DNA of 64,000 nucleotides from Amoebophrya sp. A120 (Eukaryota; Protista; Dinoflagellata): NCBI GenBank assembly GCA_905178155.1, contig CAJINV010000005.1:7045831-7109830 (forward strand). Reading direction: 5' to 3'. Position numbers and translations under genes: made by a program. The notes under the pieces were generated by a model. It was not told where the DNA came from, made no database searches, and worked only from the letters and a program-made list of their open reading frames with translations. Every line of letters starts with the position of its first letter. Position 1 is the first letter of the stretch. Below are positions 12,786 to 26,029 of this stretch, piece after piece.

Positions 12786-15700
12786 ATGATGGAAGAAGTT
12801 CTCACGGCAAAGCTCCACGCCGACGTGCCGGGCGAGGTATGACAATGCACAACTCCTCCCTCCCCTCATTTGTATTGCATGGACAGCAATACAAACACTA
12901 GCGCGCGTGTATGTTGTGCATGACAAGTTCCTGCGCCGACTGTAGTACTGGTTGGGCATCCAGAGTCTGTCATGCAATCAGTGCTGCAAGTCAGCAATTG
13001 GAATTGCGATTTTGCAAGACAAATGATAATGAGAGGAAGTGGAAGTTGTGCACTCTCATACGAGGGAGCGACGCTGCACAAGCACTTGTGCGAGTTGGTG
13101 GGCGCGTGTGTGGACAAGTCCGACCCAAATGCCTTGGCGCTGCTGGAGTACAACTTGTGAACCTGTTCGCATTGTTTTTCATCTTGTTAAAATATGAAAC
13201 ATCACAGATGTGTTTCGGTTTGATCATGTCCTGTCCGCTACATGAGTTTTGTCCAAATTATACCAAAACTCCTAAATCCACAGGCAAGTCTCCATGGAGT
13301 TGAAGTACGGGCGATTTCGACCCTCAAGCGGGCCGGAGGTCACAAAGCACGTCACACCAAACCCGGCGCTGGCAGCGAAGAAGAAAGGTATCTATATTGG
13401 TGAACATGAAAATCAAAATGAATCATCATTTATCAACGTTGCATTTCTGATGCAAAGTAAGAACCTGTTTCGTAACTACTACCACCAGCAGTTTTCTCAT
13501 GCTCAACATGCATGCATCATGATTTCACTGTCATACAAACCGAAATTCAGAAAACCGCGAAAAACTTTCAACTCTCGCTCCCCTCAGTGGCGCCATGGAT
13601 TTCATGGCCCAGTCAAGTAGCATGAGATGGGCCGGTTTGGGCTTTAGCAAGCAGGAGTCATACCAAATTAGCCTCAGACTAGCGGAATTGGGCAGGAAAG
13701 CCGGTGTGGAGAGCGTCAGGTGATATAGAAGTGGGTTTGTGGAGATGTTTTTTGAATGTGTGATGTAGTTGCTAGACAAAGAAAATGGTTCTGTCATGCA
13801 AGCATTGGCGGCGAGCGCAAGAAAAACATTTAATATTCATGATTGCCACTCAGGTTCTGGGGTAAAATGTTGGGCACAGAGAAGGACTACATTGTCTATG
13901 AAGCAAAAATCGCCGGCGAAGGCCACTCAACAGACAGCTACGAGGGCCGAGGGACCGGGGCGAACAAATTTACCTACTTCGTACAGAAGGAGTTTTTTTC
14001 TTGCAACTTCTTGTGCTGTTTCCTGCATTTGTATGTTCATGTTGACAAGCAGATCATGCAAGGTAGAATTTTAATTTCAAGCAAGAGGGTGATACTTCAC
14101 ATGACAAAGTTTAAATCAGGTCCAAAACGAGCCCATGGGCGACCTCACGCAGCTCCCAGACGTTATCAAATGTAAAAATGTCTGGGTCCGGAAGGATCCA
14201 AACTTGTCATGCTGTCTTTGGATTCTAAAAAAATCTGTATCGCATGACCAGCAAGAGGAGCCCAGATTGTGCTACGTGCAGAGGGCATTTGTCATGCGGA
14301 AGAGGCATCAGGAAGCCTTTCAAAAATCTGCCATGCTAAGTCATGCACTACAGGCATGATGGGTCATGCAAAATATGCATGACAAACCAGGAAATCTTCC
14401 AGACCCAGACATTTTTACATTTGATACACGTTACCACCGCACAAATCCAGAAGTCAAGATCAATCCAGAAATACCTCTCCGGGGATTTGAACAAGGAGAT
14501 CATCGCGTGCCCGGTATAATTTTTCTACACGTGGAAGGTAGTGGTTGGAGATATTGATGAGCTAGATTTCTCATGCATTTTTTCCAATGGTGTTTGATCC
14601 TGTCATGCATTTTTCAGCAAGACAAAAGAACACCCACAATCAAAACCCAGTGGTTCGGCGGCAAGGAAATCTCCCTCCTGCGAGCGCAAATCGCACGAAT
14701 CGGCCACTCCTGCACACTCCACGTAAACGGGTATTACGTATCAAATGCAAAAGCATCGTACTCGTAGTAATCGCAGATACGCATGACAAATCGGATTCCA
14801 AAGGTAAATCAGCATGACAAATTCCATTTTACATTCTGCGGAAATTTGTCATGCGATTGATACTAGTACGATGATTTTGCAATGCATACCACGCTATGGA
14901 CGACGAATCAGGAAAGATGGTGCAGGCGGAAGACTTTGCCTTCCCCTCAGTAGAGGAGTTAGGGAGCCAGGGAACCTGGGTGCACAGCTCGGACTACATA
15001 CTGAAGAACGGTATAACGTTATTTTTGAGGAAACTCCTCGCACTTCTACGTACTTGCTGTGCGACCTGCATGACAACCATGATTCAAATTGCAGTCTCCG
15101 CAAGACAAAGTATATCAAAGCAACAATATTCTCACAGGTAAAACCGCCTACCCATCCGCCGAGGAACAGGAGGCGATGGAAGAGGACGTAAAAGCAGCAT
15201 TGGGTACGACAATGAAAAAGAAAAGTTTAAGTTTGTCATGCTAATGCCGGGCATCACAGTCTCGTCTGAAATGCAGCGGTTTGCATGACAAACAATTAGC
15301 TTTTTCAACCTCATAACGAACGCGGAAATGGAAGAGTGCCCAGTGATTCCGCTGCTGACGCCAATCCAGGGTGATTTAGAGCAGGACGACGAAGGAAACT
15401 CCCTGGCCTGGAGCATCAAGCAAGTTGGGGACAAATCAACGTAATAATTAAAGTCTCTCTTTCTGTTTCTACTTTTTGGAAAAATTATTTGTGATGCAGA
15501 AAGTGAAATAGCAGCACTACTACCACTAGGTGCGATTTCGGGTCAATTTCGTGATCATAGAAGAGGATTTGCCAACATGCGTGTCATGAAAGTAGGCTGA
15601 GTCCTGTCATGCAGAAATTCCTTCGAAAACCTCTAATCAGGTACTCCTTCAACGACGTCACAAGGCAATACACGGTAACAATTGTCCAGTCCAAGAGATG

Positions 15701-16267
15701 GCCCGGTGCGTTTACCGTCGCGCAGGGATCCAGCGTCTACAACGTCTATGTATTGGATTGCTAGCCTTTTGTCATGCGGTCTCCGGTTGATGGAGGAATG
15801 ATCGCAGCTTTTCCAGTTGAGATTATTTGTCATGCATTCTAGAAACGCACTATCGTTACGCAGCTATCGGAAGATGATTCGGTCATGCCTACACTGCCAA
15901 ATTATCCATATCATCAGATCGGCTATGGTGTGAAGAAGGAAACCGCCCTGCCGATCCTAGTCCCCTTCTATCCTGTGCAAAAGTATCGTACTCGTGCTGC
16001 AGTCATGCATTACAAATCTCTTTCTATAAAGTGAATCCGCATTACAAATTTTTATTTTATCTCTCATGCTGAGAAATACAAATATATTTGTATATGCATT
16101 TATACGAGTACGATACTTGTTTTGCAGTTCATACCTTCGCCGGCGCTACCATGCTCGGGTTGCCGCCAGTCATGACGGAGCCGGAGGATCAGACCGAGAA
16201 CCCAGAACCCAATCCGGAAGAGGAGGAGGCGCCGTCTGATGGCGGGGACGAGGATCCACCGCAGTAG
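12786..16267 (+). CDS. RSPH4/6: Flagellar radial spoke head protein 4/6 family
   Basis: Spliced translation gives RFWGKMLG, GTGANKFTYFV, LPDVTTAQIQKSR, LLRAQIARI and SKRWPGA. Four introners plus multiple GT-AG introns. Confidence 0.88.
12838..13060. mobile_element. Introner, family G (TATGAnAnTGCACAACTCCCCCTCCCCTCATTTGT)
   Basis: TSD cgagg/cgagg. Confidence 0.9.
14164..14426. mobile_element. Introner, family A (orientation opposite to 177-448)
   Basis: TSD gacgt/cacgt; LPDV|TTAQ restored. Confidence 0.92.
14739..14888. mobile_element. Introner, family C
   Basis: TSD ttacg/ccacg; NGYY|AMDDE restored. Confidence 0.88.
15969..16133. mobile_element. Introner, family C
   Basis: TSD ccttc/ccttc. 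Confidence 0.9.
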
Positions 16268-17559
16268 GGACGGAAATGACGCTGTTGATGATGTGCGGCT
16301 AGAAGTTTGATATGTAGTCGAAAATCAGAGATAAAATAAATCCAGACCCTCTGAAATTAGGACAAAATAAAACCAAAACCAGTACAGCAGATCATGAGTA
16401 CAAAGATGAACCAGAGAACCAATATAGAATACCAATTGCCATTTATGTTATTGAAATTTGCAGACAAGATGAAACCTCGAATAAACCAAAACGAGATTGC
16501 TAGCAGAAACCGACAGAAGCTTTAGCAACAGTGTTGAAGTTGCGATCAGATACTAGATGAACTTCGATTGTACCTGTACTTACTCAAGGCTATGCTCCTC
16601 CTATATTGCGAAAACATCAATGCTTAAACAGATAGATTGAAACCTAGATCGAAGCGTGGTACCGAGTGCGATTTTTCGGTGCCAGATTTTCACCAGAGGC
16701 CGCGGGAAAGGATGCTACAGTTGTGTGTGTTTCCGTGCAGTTTGTTCGGTCGCACAGCTAGATATACTACTGCAGGAGACTCTCGCTCCTAAGGATGAAT
16801 ATTAAAAGTAACTGAAATAAAAGAACCCGCTGGACAAAACAGAAAGCAGAACAACGACGTGCGATAATGAGAGCAGCTGTAACCAGACACACAGGACCAG
16901 AGGCTGCTTATTTTTGTATTTGATATGCCGGAATCAGGACTTTCGGTTACGACCTCTGCGCGGTCCAAGAGATTCGTGTTCATCTTCCAGCAAAGCTTCA
17001 CAGCGATCCCGCTGCCTCGCCCGTCGTGGTGGAGCTTTTGACCGATATACTCAAGCTCTCAATGCTGTTCGCTCTGTGTTTGTTCAAGATGCGGGCGCAT
17101 ATTTGTTGAGTGATGTTGGGAGCGATCTTTTTTGCGGCACGACAGCTGCGCCTCCGCTTTGAGAGTGGCTGAGCGAACGCAATTGCTCCAATTGAACGTG
17201 GTCAGAGACATGAGACTCTGTGAGTGGTACGTCAGGCGGTTTCTGTGCGCGTGTGGCCTTTCAGCCGACATGCGAAGCCGAATAATTTGTTCGGTTGAAA
17301 AATATCACGTGAGGCGAGCGCGGTTAAAGTCCGGAGCGAGGAGGGTACCCCGTCAAGGGTTACGCCCGCGCGTTTGGCTGGCTTTTTCATCTGGAGGCCA
17401 CTTCTATTGCAATGTGAGTGGTGCGTTCTTGTAACTAGAAGCCGCGCGTTTCCGACGGAGCATCGTTGGTGGGTATGGTTACGTACGCAGGCGACAAAGG
17501 TTGCGCCGGATTGCTTTTGCCAGAACCAGCTTGGCGAGCGACAGCAGGCCCGGCAGCAG

Positions 17560-19400
17560 TGTTGCCACCGTTTCGGCTTAGCCACGACCGCTGGCAGGCC
17601 GGGCCCGGAAGGCGATTGGGGGTGGCGCACGACATCGGCGCGCGCCGGGAACGAGCACCAAGCAAGAGGCAGCGACATGCTGTCTGCCCGGGCGGAGGCG
17701 AGCGCGGGCGCGCATGACCATGACGAGGCGCGTCTCGCTATCCAGAAGAAAGAAGGCGCCGCGCTCCGCCAGTTTATTGCTGCGGGCTGCCCCGTCCGCC
17801 CCTATCTGCCTGCCGCCCCTGGGTGCTTTTGGCGGCCAGGCCTTTTGTTGCGCAGGCGGCTGCAAGTCGGCCCGCCCTGCGGTTCGGCCATGGTGCCGGC
17901 CGCCTCCGGCCGGCGTCCGTCGCAGGGCGCGCCCCCTTTCCTGGTTGGATTGCTGCGGTGTTGCCGTGCGGATGCTTGCAGCACGCAGCGCAGCCACCAC
18001 CCATTGTGGGGCGACCGTGTATTCATGGCCCTGCGCATGCCGGCGGGTGTTTGTGTTTCGTTCGCGAATCGGCTGGGCGCGCCGGCCGGCTCGAGCCTTC
18101 GTTCCCCGCACGCGCGCCTGCGCGCGGCGCTTGGCCTTGAACGTAGTGCCGAGCGGCCTATCTGTGTTGCCAAGCGCAGCAGCATGCCGGCCTTTTCATG
18201 TGCCGGCCTGTGGTGCTTGTCTATGTGTCCCCGGGCGCAAGGGCGGGCGGGGCTGTTGTACGGGTTTGGGAGGGACGCTGTCATAGGTATGGGCCCGAAA
18301 TAGATTGAGGGTTGCTTGCGGAGTGCGGCACGCACGCACGCATGTATCTTGTGTTCCGCATTTCTTTGTCAAATCACGTGCAGTTGGGTACGAGTGATCA
18401 TGAGCTGATCGACTCTAATAATTGTTCACTGATGTTGTGTATCTGGAAGATTTACTTCCCGTGTGTGAAAGAAAGTGAAAGAGCAGACGAGTAGAAGAGC
18501 GAGTTTTATAAATATATTAATAGAGGGATGTAGTTGTGCGTTTCTGCTTCCAGGCTTCATGATGTTTGATGTAGAGTGCGTGTTCTTTCGACGCATCTTT
18601 TGGCTGAAATGTTGATCCACCCGAAAAAAAACAAGAATGCCACTGTAGGCGCCCACGGCAGAAGCAGAACTGGGCAAGTCATTCAGCCACCCGCACCATG
18701 GGGCTGGGATTCCGGCGTCGGCAGCCTGCTTGGGTCATGAGAGTGAAAAGATGGCGCCGCGCGCGCTTTTTTCTTTCATTGCAGCAGCGAGCTGCATTCA
18801 AGGAAGAGGCCGCGCGCGGCCCACATGTTCTCTCGCTTTCGTCTGCGGGAGATAGCCTCTCCCAGCAGGGGGGCGGCGGGATCCATGTCCTGGCTGAAGG
18901 AGAAATTTCCAGAAGCGTGGACGCCGCCGCGAGCCGAAGCGATGCCTTGGCCGGCGCGCGCGCTGGCCCCCTCTGGCTTCTTTGGCCGGGCCGCCCGCCC
19001 GCGCCTCTTCGCTGATAGATTGCAAGGGCCCCCGTGCCGGCCGGTGCTCGCAGTCTGCCGGCAGGGGAGGTCGGGGTGGGAAGTATTGCATGGCCCGGCC
19101 CCCTTGGTTCGGTAGCAGGCCCGTCGCGCCGCGCCCGCCGCGCGCAAAGGCACGGCCCCCCCCCGTTCCTGGTTTGTTGCCGGGGGTGTGGTTTTTATGC
19201 CGCCCGACATCTCCTTGGCTTCCCGCACGCTGTTGTCGGAAGTGTGCCCATGGGACTTCGTCACCAAGTAAACGAGTGTGAGTGTCTGTGGGGTGCTCGC
19301 GCGGCCACGACAGGAGCAACCAGCGATGGCGCAGTGAGTGTGGTTTTGCAAATGCACTCATGCCAAATGTTGAGCAGACCTGCCCGCAGAGTGCGATGGC
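17560..19400. repeat. Two diverged copies of a GC-rich intergenic repeat (about 17560-18300 and 18860-19400)
   Basis: Shared blocks, e.g. ggcgcgccccctttcctggttggattgc (~17926) versus gcacggcccccccccgttcctggtttgttgc (~19150). Boundaries approximate. Confidence 0.45.
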
Positions 19401-19732
19401 CATATAATTACATTCCTCACGGGATTCGGACTTAGCGTGCCGCGCTTTCTTGTCAGGCCGCTATCCGGCCGAAATGACGCATAGCATCGTCGATTTGGCT
19501 GTTTCTTGTTCGCGGCTGTCTGTGCTGTTCATGATACGAGAGAGACACACACACAGAGGACGCCCGAGGAATTTGTGTTTCAGCCGGATTTTTCACATCG
19601 CTGGAAAAAACGAGGCTGTACACGGCACAGGTACAAGGAGATCATGATCAACAGCAATCTTGTCCACGTTCACTTTAATCTTTTCCCGGTTTCATAAAGT
19701 TTCTAGGTGCGTCCTCCGGCTCGCAAAGCAAG

Positions 19733-22700
19733 ATGGAATCGGAAGACCACGTGTTCGATCCAGCAGCAGGTCCTGACACCACTGCGAGTCCACGTGCCAC
19801 GACCAGCACCGAGGAAAGAATCTCTACCATCATCAAAACCTGGAACCTAGACCCCTGCTGGGAATACAGCATCCGCAAGACCAGAGCCGACGTTGATGAA
19901 AAGGAGATCAAATTCCAGGGTTGCCGGCGATTCGTCGCGGCCGTGAACAATACGATTTCTTCTAAAAATGCAACACGGAAAACAAGCAGCTCCTCCTTCA
20001 CAAGTGCAGGTGCAGGAACAAACTCGGTCTCCGCCGATTTATTCGGGGTCCGCCCCGCATCATCGAATGGAAATGCAAATGCTCCTCCACCAGCACGCGC
20101 CTCTGCGACTGCAGAGCTGCAATCCGAAATCCGCAGGATGTCGGCGAGGAAGTACAGCAAGCCCTGTTTACAGCAATTGCTGGACGAGGAGAAGATCAAA
20201 AGTTTGCAAAAACAGGTTTTGGAAGTAGAGGAGTTGGAAAGGGAAAAGGAGTTGAAAGACCAAGAAGCGGCGAAAATGTCCGGGAACAAGAAGAATAACA
20301 GAACTTACAATGCTATCAAATGCAAAAATGTCTGGGTCTGGAATGTTGCCGGGTTTGTCATGCATATTCTGCATGACCCAGGACGTCTGTAATGCACGAC
20401 CTAGCATCACAAAATTTTTGCTGGCTTCATGATGCCTACTCCGCATGACCAATGCCCTCCCCGCGTAGTACAAACTAGACTCCTCCTGCTGGTCATGCAA
20501 TACAGATTTTTTTAGAGTCCAAGCAAAGTAAGCATCACAAGTTCCAACCTTCCAGGCAGACCCAGACATTTTTACATTAGATAAATGCAGGCCAAGGAGA
20601 TAATGATCTCATCGACATCTACACAGCTTTCTTCCATTTCCAGGTTCCAAACGATTTCAAAAAACCAATCCCCGAAAAGGTGATCAAGGTGCACTTCTAC
20701 GTGAATAAAGTGGATGAACAACAAGTAGAGGACGACGCAAGAATTATCTCTGCACCACAACAGGATCGGGTGTCAGCAGGGACTGTTTCATCTGAAGGAA
20801 CTTCCGCACCAGCAGCAGAAACTGCGGAAAAATCTCCTGTGTCAGACAGTACTATCACCTTCTCTTTCGAACAGGACCAAACGGTGTTGAAAGCGGTCAG
20901 GCCGAGTTCCGCGCGGTTTGTGAAAAACCGGATTCAGCTCGCTCTACAAGAACGGGATCAGATCGTCGAGCGGGCTTTCACGGCGGTCGGGGGGAAAAGG
21001 AGGATGATAAATGCGAAGGCTTTTCCGGCTTTTGGAGTGAAGAAAGACGCTGTTTTAACCACGAAATTTGAGGAATCGCGAACGAGGGAGGCTTTGACGT
21101 TGAAACAGCAGAATGGTGAAAGAGGAAAACTGCTGTCTGCCGCAGTCGACGGAACGTTGGCAGCGAGTTCAGGGACCGGTCGTGCAGTAGCAGGAGCGGC
21201 CCCCACTCTGTTGACAAGCGCAGGCGAAGATGAGGACAACTCGCATTGTTCCGCGAAACAAGGAGATAATTTGAAAGACGACCACAGCGGCAAGAACAAG
21301 CCACGTACTACTTCTTCCGCTTCCTCGCCGGGTGGCAATAAATCCACGACCATCAAATCGTCCAGCCGCAAAAACAATCTCCAGTACATCCTCCAAAAAA
21401 CCTTCGACGCGGCGGATGAGGAATCTTCAGGTTTGCTTCCGTATGCAGTGCAAAAGCATCGCACTCGTATAAATGCATACGCATAGACAAATTTTCTCAG
21501 CATGGCGAGAAAGAAAATCTGTAATGCTGATTTACCTTAGGGAAAAGATTTGTATATGCATGATTGCAGTACGAGTGCGATGCAACTTTTGTACAGGATA
21601 ATCTGTTCACCGAGGTGTTTCAACTGTTGAACGCAAGATTGCTGGAGGAACAAGACAAAGGTGACGCTGGTTATGGTTTGTCTTCTTCGCATGACAAAAA
21701 GCATCATCATCATCCCGAAGTAGACCATTCCATATCCGAGTTCGACCTGCGAACCATGGTGGCGTTCACCCCAGTGGAGGATTTTGAAAACGTGGAAGGC
21801 TTGATTTCCTACCAGAAGTTCTTGAAAGCCTTGGAAGTGAAATTTCTGGCGGAGGTTGAAGCGTCGAGGCGGAGGGGCGCCAGCGCGGGAGATGATGGCC
21901 CGCGTGGAAGCGGGATGAATGCGCCAGCAGTGGTGCCGGGTGCTGTGGCAGACGCAGAGGTACACAAGTCATCAAATCTAGCTTTTCATCGTACCCCCCA
22001 TGTTTGTTCTCGCAAGCAAGTGTGATGAATGCGTGTTTACATGTAGTCGTGGTGCTGATGTAGCCAGAATGACAACGACAACCACAACTGACATGAATGA
22101 TGCAGGTGGTGCCACACCCACATCAACAAGCGGTAGAACAAGCATCTGCAACTGGAACCGCAGCTGACCAGCCCGATGAAATAAATGCAGTATCCTCAAT
22201 GTACGACAACACCCTGGAAACCCTTCTCCAACTCTACGAAAACGAGCTCTCCGACACGGCCAAATCTCTTCACTCCATCCGCGAGCAATTTCTCTCCAAA
22301 CAGAAAACCAACACGAGGAACCAAGTGAAAAAATGGTTGGTGAAATCAAAGAGGTTCACGAAAAACGAGATTTTGCTCACGATGACGAAGCTGGAAGCGA
22401 TGAAAATTCCCTACAACGAGGATATAATCCGGCACTATTTGGAAATCCGGGCGTTGGCGGTGAATGCGTTTAACAAGAAAAATGCTCTGGGAGTAGGTGC
22501 TACTAGCGGCGCAGGACGAGCTTCGGCGAGGGAGGCGACGGAGGGGAGGTTGCTGCAACTGGGAAATGTGGTGATTGAGGTATAATGGTTTTGGCAACTC
22601 CCTATGAATGACTTCCATACAACTTGCGCATGCGTCGACTGATGCACTACACGTTGATGCAGCTCTTGCTCTGCACATCACGATGACGAAAACAAAATCC

Positions 22701-25394
22701 AAATTTGCTATAAAATGGATTCTACTACAACTCTATATCAGGTCTGTGACGCGTACCACAGAAAAACGAGTGGTCAGCAGAAGCAAGATGATAGCTCCCC
22801 AAGTTCAGCCGCCCCGTGGGGCAAGTTTCAACATGGACAGCATTCAGTGGGCGGTGCAACAGGCGGTAGTACTACACAAAATACAGGCATGCCCTTTGGG
22901 TTCGCAACCGTAGTAGCGGCGGCCGCTACACATCAGAAACAAGACCAGCAGAACAATGCGAACAAACAGGAACCACAACTTGCTTTTGACTCCCTGCTTC
23001 GTAGCAATTTGCTGCAGGTTGAGTACGAATACGGAGCGGTTAGTAGTGCCGAACATAATTCCGGTGACGAGAGCCCTACTAGCCCGCAAAACGAAAACAA
23101 GAACCACTACAACGAGCATCATCTCAAAATCCGCAAAATTCTCGTGCCGGTTTGGTTGTTGAAAGAGGTTCTGACCACCCAGGAGATCTACCTGTTCTCG
23201 AAAACGCAGATCCACACGATACTCTGCTTGCTGCCGATTGCAAGCGAACTTCCTTCGCAAGAACAGCAGAGTAAGTTGCGTACAAGCAGCACAACCGGAA
23301 GCGGAAGTTCGACGCTCGGATACGCGGATATTTTGCAATTTCTCTTCCTCACCGAGATTTGCGCAGAAGAATTCTTCACTTTGAACAGCCAAGGACAGCT
23401 GCAGTTTTCCACTTCGAATGGTAACAAGCGGTTTGCGATGCACAACGACAGTCAACAGAGTGGTCCCAACAAGGCGGTATCGATCAACGCGCCGTTGATT
23501 AGGTCCACAGCGGTGGGGAACGCGATGGCGAACGGAGAGGGTGCGACGTCGAATAACGGCGCAAATGGAGGGATGACGTCGAGTGGTAATGCCGCGATCA
23601 TGAGTCAACCAGTCGTGCAGAACGTCCAATTAACCGAGCAGAAGCAGCAACAGGAGATTCTGGAACGGGACATCTTGCAATTGAACTTCAACAAGAAATT
23701 TATCGACATTGAAACCTTGCTGCAACTTCGGGAACAGTTGGAAGCCTGTTTTATTTCGATGGGAACCACCAGCGATGGTGGTGGTACGTCAACTACCGCC
23801 GGGCTCATCTCGCAAGAAAAGCAGAAACTGTTAGCCAAAGCGGAGGTGCGGGGCTTCATCGCACAGGCGCCGTTTTACAGTGTGCTGTCGGAAGAACAGA
23901 GCGGGGCCGCGGGGATTTCTAATACAGTTGTACCGCAAGATATCCAGGAAAAAAAGTGTGTAAAAAGTGTAACTTTGTAGGAAGAGCAGCTTTGTTGCTG
24001 CATCACAAATTATCTTTGCATTACAGAAAAAACCTGTCATGCGCAGCTAGTATGTGAAAACACGTATGAAACACGGCTATGAAGATGCACTTCCAGCATG
24101 ACAAGTGTATACTGTTTTGCAGTTTCTGCATCACAGATTGACACTTACACAGTTTTTCTCTTGCATACAAGATCAGAAGGACATGGAGATTCTCTGGGCC
24201 GATTTTGTCAAAGAGGAGTTGCAACGGTTGTGGGAGTTTCGACAAAGTTCCTGCTTCGCAGAATACGAATTTGTGGCGCAGATGGCAACATCCTCGGGTG
24301 TGTTGCTGAACGTGGATACAAGTGGCAGCGATGACGTTGACGAACAAAGCAACTGCTTGTGGAAGAGGATACAGGAGAAGATAAACGCCCCTTCGTCATC
24401 GACGTCTTCTAGCCCACTAAGCTACACAGATTTCGTCTCCCAAAGCCTCTTCCACAGCAAGAACATCTTCAAGGGCGGTAGCAAAATCGGGGAAGGAGCT
24501 GCGGGACAGGAACACGACGGTGAACAAGGAACAAAAATCACACAACGATATCAGGAGAACAAACTCGCCGATCTTTACAACACGTTTCTCGCCTTGGCGC
24601 CGTCTTTGGCGAAAACAAATCCAAGAGGAGGTGAGGACGATCATTACGCCTCGTCGCCGGAGCACGGTGGAATAGCAGATCCATTTGCGCTATCAAATGC
24701 AAAAACGTCTGGGTCTGGAAGAATGCAACTTGTGATGCTGCGTTTGGATGTCTAAAAAATTTGTGTTGCATGAGCAGCAAAAGGATTCTAATTTTTGCTA
24801 CGCGGAGAGGGTTTTTGTCATGCAGAATAGGCATCAAGAATCCCTCATAAAACCTGTGATGCTAGGGCATGCATCACAGACATCATGTCTCATGCAAACC
24901 GTGCATGATAAGGCTCAGAATCTTCCAGACCCAGACACCTTTGCATTTGATATGCGCAGCGGTTTCTCAACAAGAACGGCTCTACTGCGCTGAGTCAGAG
25001 CGAGTTCATGCAGAACGGCATGACAAACCCCAATGCTGGAACTACGAGAAGGATGTCGATTGGCGCGGGCCAGCGGCGAGGCAGTCTGCTAGGTGGGAAA
25101 AACAACAACAATTTGACGCAGGACCATGACGATCTCCTGTTAGACGCAGCTTCTACTTCCGGTACCGCAACAAACACAACCGCGACTGGTGGGCAACGGC
25201 GGGGGTCTATGGGAATGTTGGACCAGGGAAGAAGGGTGAGCGTTGGCGGGGTGAATAATTCCCTGTCGTTGATGCAGGGTGGAGGTGGAGCTGCTGGTGG
25301 GCAGCACGGGCAGCAGCAGTTTCAGAATGGAGGTGGTCGAAGACAGTCGGCCGGTTTGATTTCGACGGCCAGGAGAGGGTCAATGCACTCGTGA
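19733..25394 (+). CDS. Large protein with a split AKAP28(AKAP14)-like N-terminal domain and EF-hand-like motifs
   Basis: IKTWNLDPCW ... KKPIPEKVIKVHFYV ... FSFEQ ... RPSSARF resembles the AKAP28 domain. FDAADEESSGLLPFTE forms an EF-hand loop after splicing. Four introners and GT-AG introns at 21960-22105 and 22580-22741. Confidence 0.6.
20314..20583. mobile_element. Introner, family A
   Basis: TSD aatgc/aatgc. Confidence 0.92.
21442..21600. mobile_element. Introner, family C
   Basis: TSD ttccg/atctg; EF-hand LLP|FTE restored. Confidence 0.85.
23941..24167. mobile_element. Introner, family H (TATnCAnGAAAAAAnTGTGTAAGTGT)
   Basis: TSD caaga/caaga. Confidence 0.9.
24691..24952. mobile_element. 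Introner, family A
   Basis: TSD tgcgc/tgcgc. Confidence 0.92.
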
Positions 25395-26029
25395 GAAGTA
25401 AGTTGCGCGACGTAGTAGAACGTAGTTTGAACTACAACATTTGAATTTATTGACGTGCAAAAAGATTAAAATCAAAAGAAAATGACTAGTGTAGGATATG
25501 AATAGGTTTTTAGTATTAAGTTGAGAGAGTGAAGACAGTGACCACAACATTTGATTTGCTGTAGGAGAAGTAGTTGCGTCGCCATTGCTAGTGTTTACCT
25601 GTATAATTTGAAACATATTTTTCGCTGCAAAAGCTCCACATCCGAAATTACATACCACATCAATTGACCAGTAGGCCAGATTGTGGATCCGAGCGTCATT
25701 TTGCTCGTTGTTCTGGTCCATGTTTCGAAACTCAAGCAAAAAAGTGGCAGCAAATTTTGAGGCTGTCTTGGACTGCTGTATCCGGTATAGCCAGCTACAA
25801 CTTACGGACTTGAACTTGAAGCGATTTCGCTGCACTTGCGGCAGTGCCAAGAGTTATCCACAACTTCTGAGCCGTAGCGAGCGTAAGACTTTGTGTTCCT
25901 GGACGACTGGCGAAGCACGACGTCGCTTCTAGTGGATAAGCGAGAGAAAAGGGAAACTAAATCCCACCTGATCATTTTCGTTATGATCGTCGTAGCGTGC
26001 AAGATTTTCGGCGAACGGTGGGCGTGATG

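Noticed and set aside
17374-18335. Long overlapping ORFs on both strands (also 25997-27023)
   Set aside because: GC-rich, stop-poor sequence giving R/A/P/G-rich translations with no recognisable motifs.
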